From Octopus bimaculoides (lineage: Eukaryota), in the NCBI RefSeq assembly GCF_001194135.2, contig NC_068991.1, positions 55,514,896-55,551,661 on the forward strand: a stretch of DNA of 36,766 nt, read 5' to 3'. Of this stretch, positions 35,348 through 36,766 are shown one piece after another. The notes under the pieces are model-generated. The model did no database searches and had not been told where the DNA came from. It saw only the letters and a list, made by a program, of their open reading frames with translations. Both the position numbers and the translations under genes were made by a program. Numbering within the stretch: position 1 is the first letter of the stretch; every line of letters begins with the position of its first letter.

Positions 35348-35639
35348 TCACAGTACATGTCCTCAGATTGCACTGTTCTCAGACTGACACCCAGACACTC
35401 TGAAATGCTTGTATTGGAGCAGTACAGCATGTTCTTTCCATATTTTAGGCAGAGTGAATTGCGTCATGGTGCTGTTTTTCTCACAGACTGTGCGCAACTG
35501 ACCCTACTATACTGTGTAGTCGACAAATTTTTTAAAAAACGCGCATGCCCGAAATTAAAAACCATATATAGGCAAGAGTGAAAATGCACCGTCAAGACAT
35601 GAAACTACGCCAGTAGCAAATTCGTGATTCTAAGTTCAA

Positions 35640-36540
35640 ACAAATCCACAATAATAGATATCAGGATACACGTAACCATAATTTTTTAAAACTTTTTATT
35701 TTGTAAAATTTGTGATTTAAGAATTGTAGCAGGCTGAGCAAAAGAAAAGAACTTTATTCAAGAATTCAAACCACAAGCGGATGGGTGACAATAATTATTT
35801 AATTTTTATCTGATTTAAAAATAAGGTTCACAAAAAATTTGTTGTAATTCATTCTTGTGATGAAGAATTTCGCCTAGCAAATTATTTTCATTGCTAAAAA
35901 AAAATCCAGAAACCTAGCTCTGACCAGAATAAAATAACAAGGTAAAAAGCTTTTATTTTTCATTCCTTTTGAAGATTGCTCATAAATGTGGTTTTGGTCG
36001 TTTGACTACTTCTTCTAGCGTATAAAAACTGCCTGTTGAAGGTAGTTTTCTCTTGTGTTTAAATGCACACTATTTTATATTGAGAATATGTTGTCTATTG
36101 ACTTTTTATGCATGCTAGGCCACTGGTGGTGAATTTTCAAAAAACCTTACCACCCTATATATGTTATGTATATGTCTTTAACAATTTTTAAAAGATTGGT
36201 TCGGCGGTCATTCATTTACTGCCGACTGATACTGCGTTTGCGCGATGAATTTGAAAAATTATAATGTATAACGAAGAGACACGTGTTAATCGTCTCTTAA
36301 TTATATGTTAGTGTTATGGCGCGGTCACTGATGAAGGATTTCGCCTAGTAAATTAGTTTATTTGCTAAAAAAAATCCAGAAACCTAGGTCTGACCAGAAT
36401 AAAATAACAAGGTAAAAAGCTTTTATTTTTCATTCCTTTTGAAGATTGTTCTTAAATGTGGTTTTGGTCGTTTTGACTACTTCTTCTAGTGTGTAAAAAC
36501 TGCCTGTTGAAGGTAGTTTTCTCTTGTGTTTAAATGTACC
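35640..36540 (+). mobile_element. Probable PLE 3' end with direct terminal repeats (~35858-36068 and ~36329-36538)
   Basis: AKEKNFIQEFKP resembles a GIY-YIG C-terminus (R..KE..FI..FKP.LN). It is followed by two ~210-bp direct repeats, each starting at a hammerhead core. Confidence 0.6.
36323..36395 (+). ncRNA. Type I hammerhead ribozyme motif with extended stem II
   Basis: GGUCA-CUGAUGA-A-GGAUUU...UAGUAAAU/AUUUGCUA...AAAUCC-A-GAAA-CCUAGG-UC-UGACC. Stem I is a perfect 5 bp, the palindrome ACCUAGGU forms stem III, and the GUC site is at 36388-36390. An A.A opposition sits at the base of stem II. Confidence 0.75.
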
Positions 36541-36766
36541 GTATTATATATATATATATAGAAAATGTAAAATAAAAACAAAACACAAAAGATTCTGCGG
36601 TACACGTGTTTCAAGCTTATATATACATATAAACATATATGTTCCCACACGTAGACACAAGTACACATATGTAAATATATACCCTAAATACACGCATATA
36701 GAAATACATGTATATATATACAGACACAGAGATGCATAATTACAAACGTGTATATATGTATATATA

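Noticed and set aside
1-36766. CRISPR arrays, rRNA, tRNA or intact protein-coding genes
   Set aside because: None seen; tRNA-like boxes occur only within SINEs.

Overview
This is AT-rich, microsatellite-dense animal DNA with four assembly gaps and no prokaryotic features. The SINE, mariner and gypsy families resemble those I recall from Octopus genomes, so the taxon is an inference. Most of the window is decayed transposons: mariner, maT/DD37D, Tc1, pogo DD35D, a hAT-like element with telomere-like repeats, Ty3/gypsy, Penelope-like elements (PLE), an RLE-type LINE, SINEs, foldback MITEs and a Helitron end. The ORF track misses two things. (1) Type I hammerhead ribozyme motifs: a back-to-back pair on opposite strands inside a foldback element (22284-22434) and one in a PLE-type terminal repeat (36323-36395), each with a palindromic stem III. 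(2) A convergent (tail-to-tail) pair of diverged, disabled multi-exon paralogs (+ 925-8833; - 28051-10317). Their exons align to each other and, by eye, to ionotropic glutamate receptor/IR motifs. Family calls come from motif recognition only; no searches were run.
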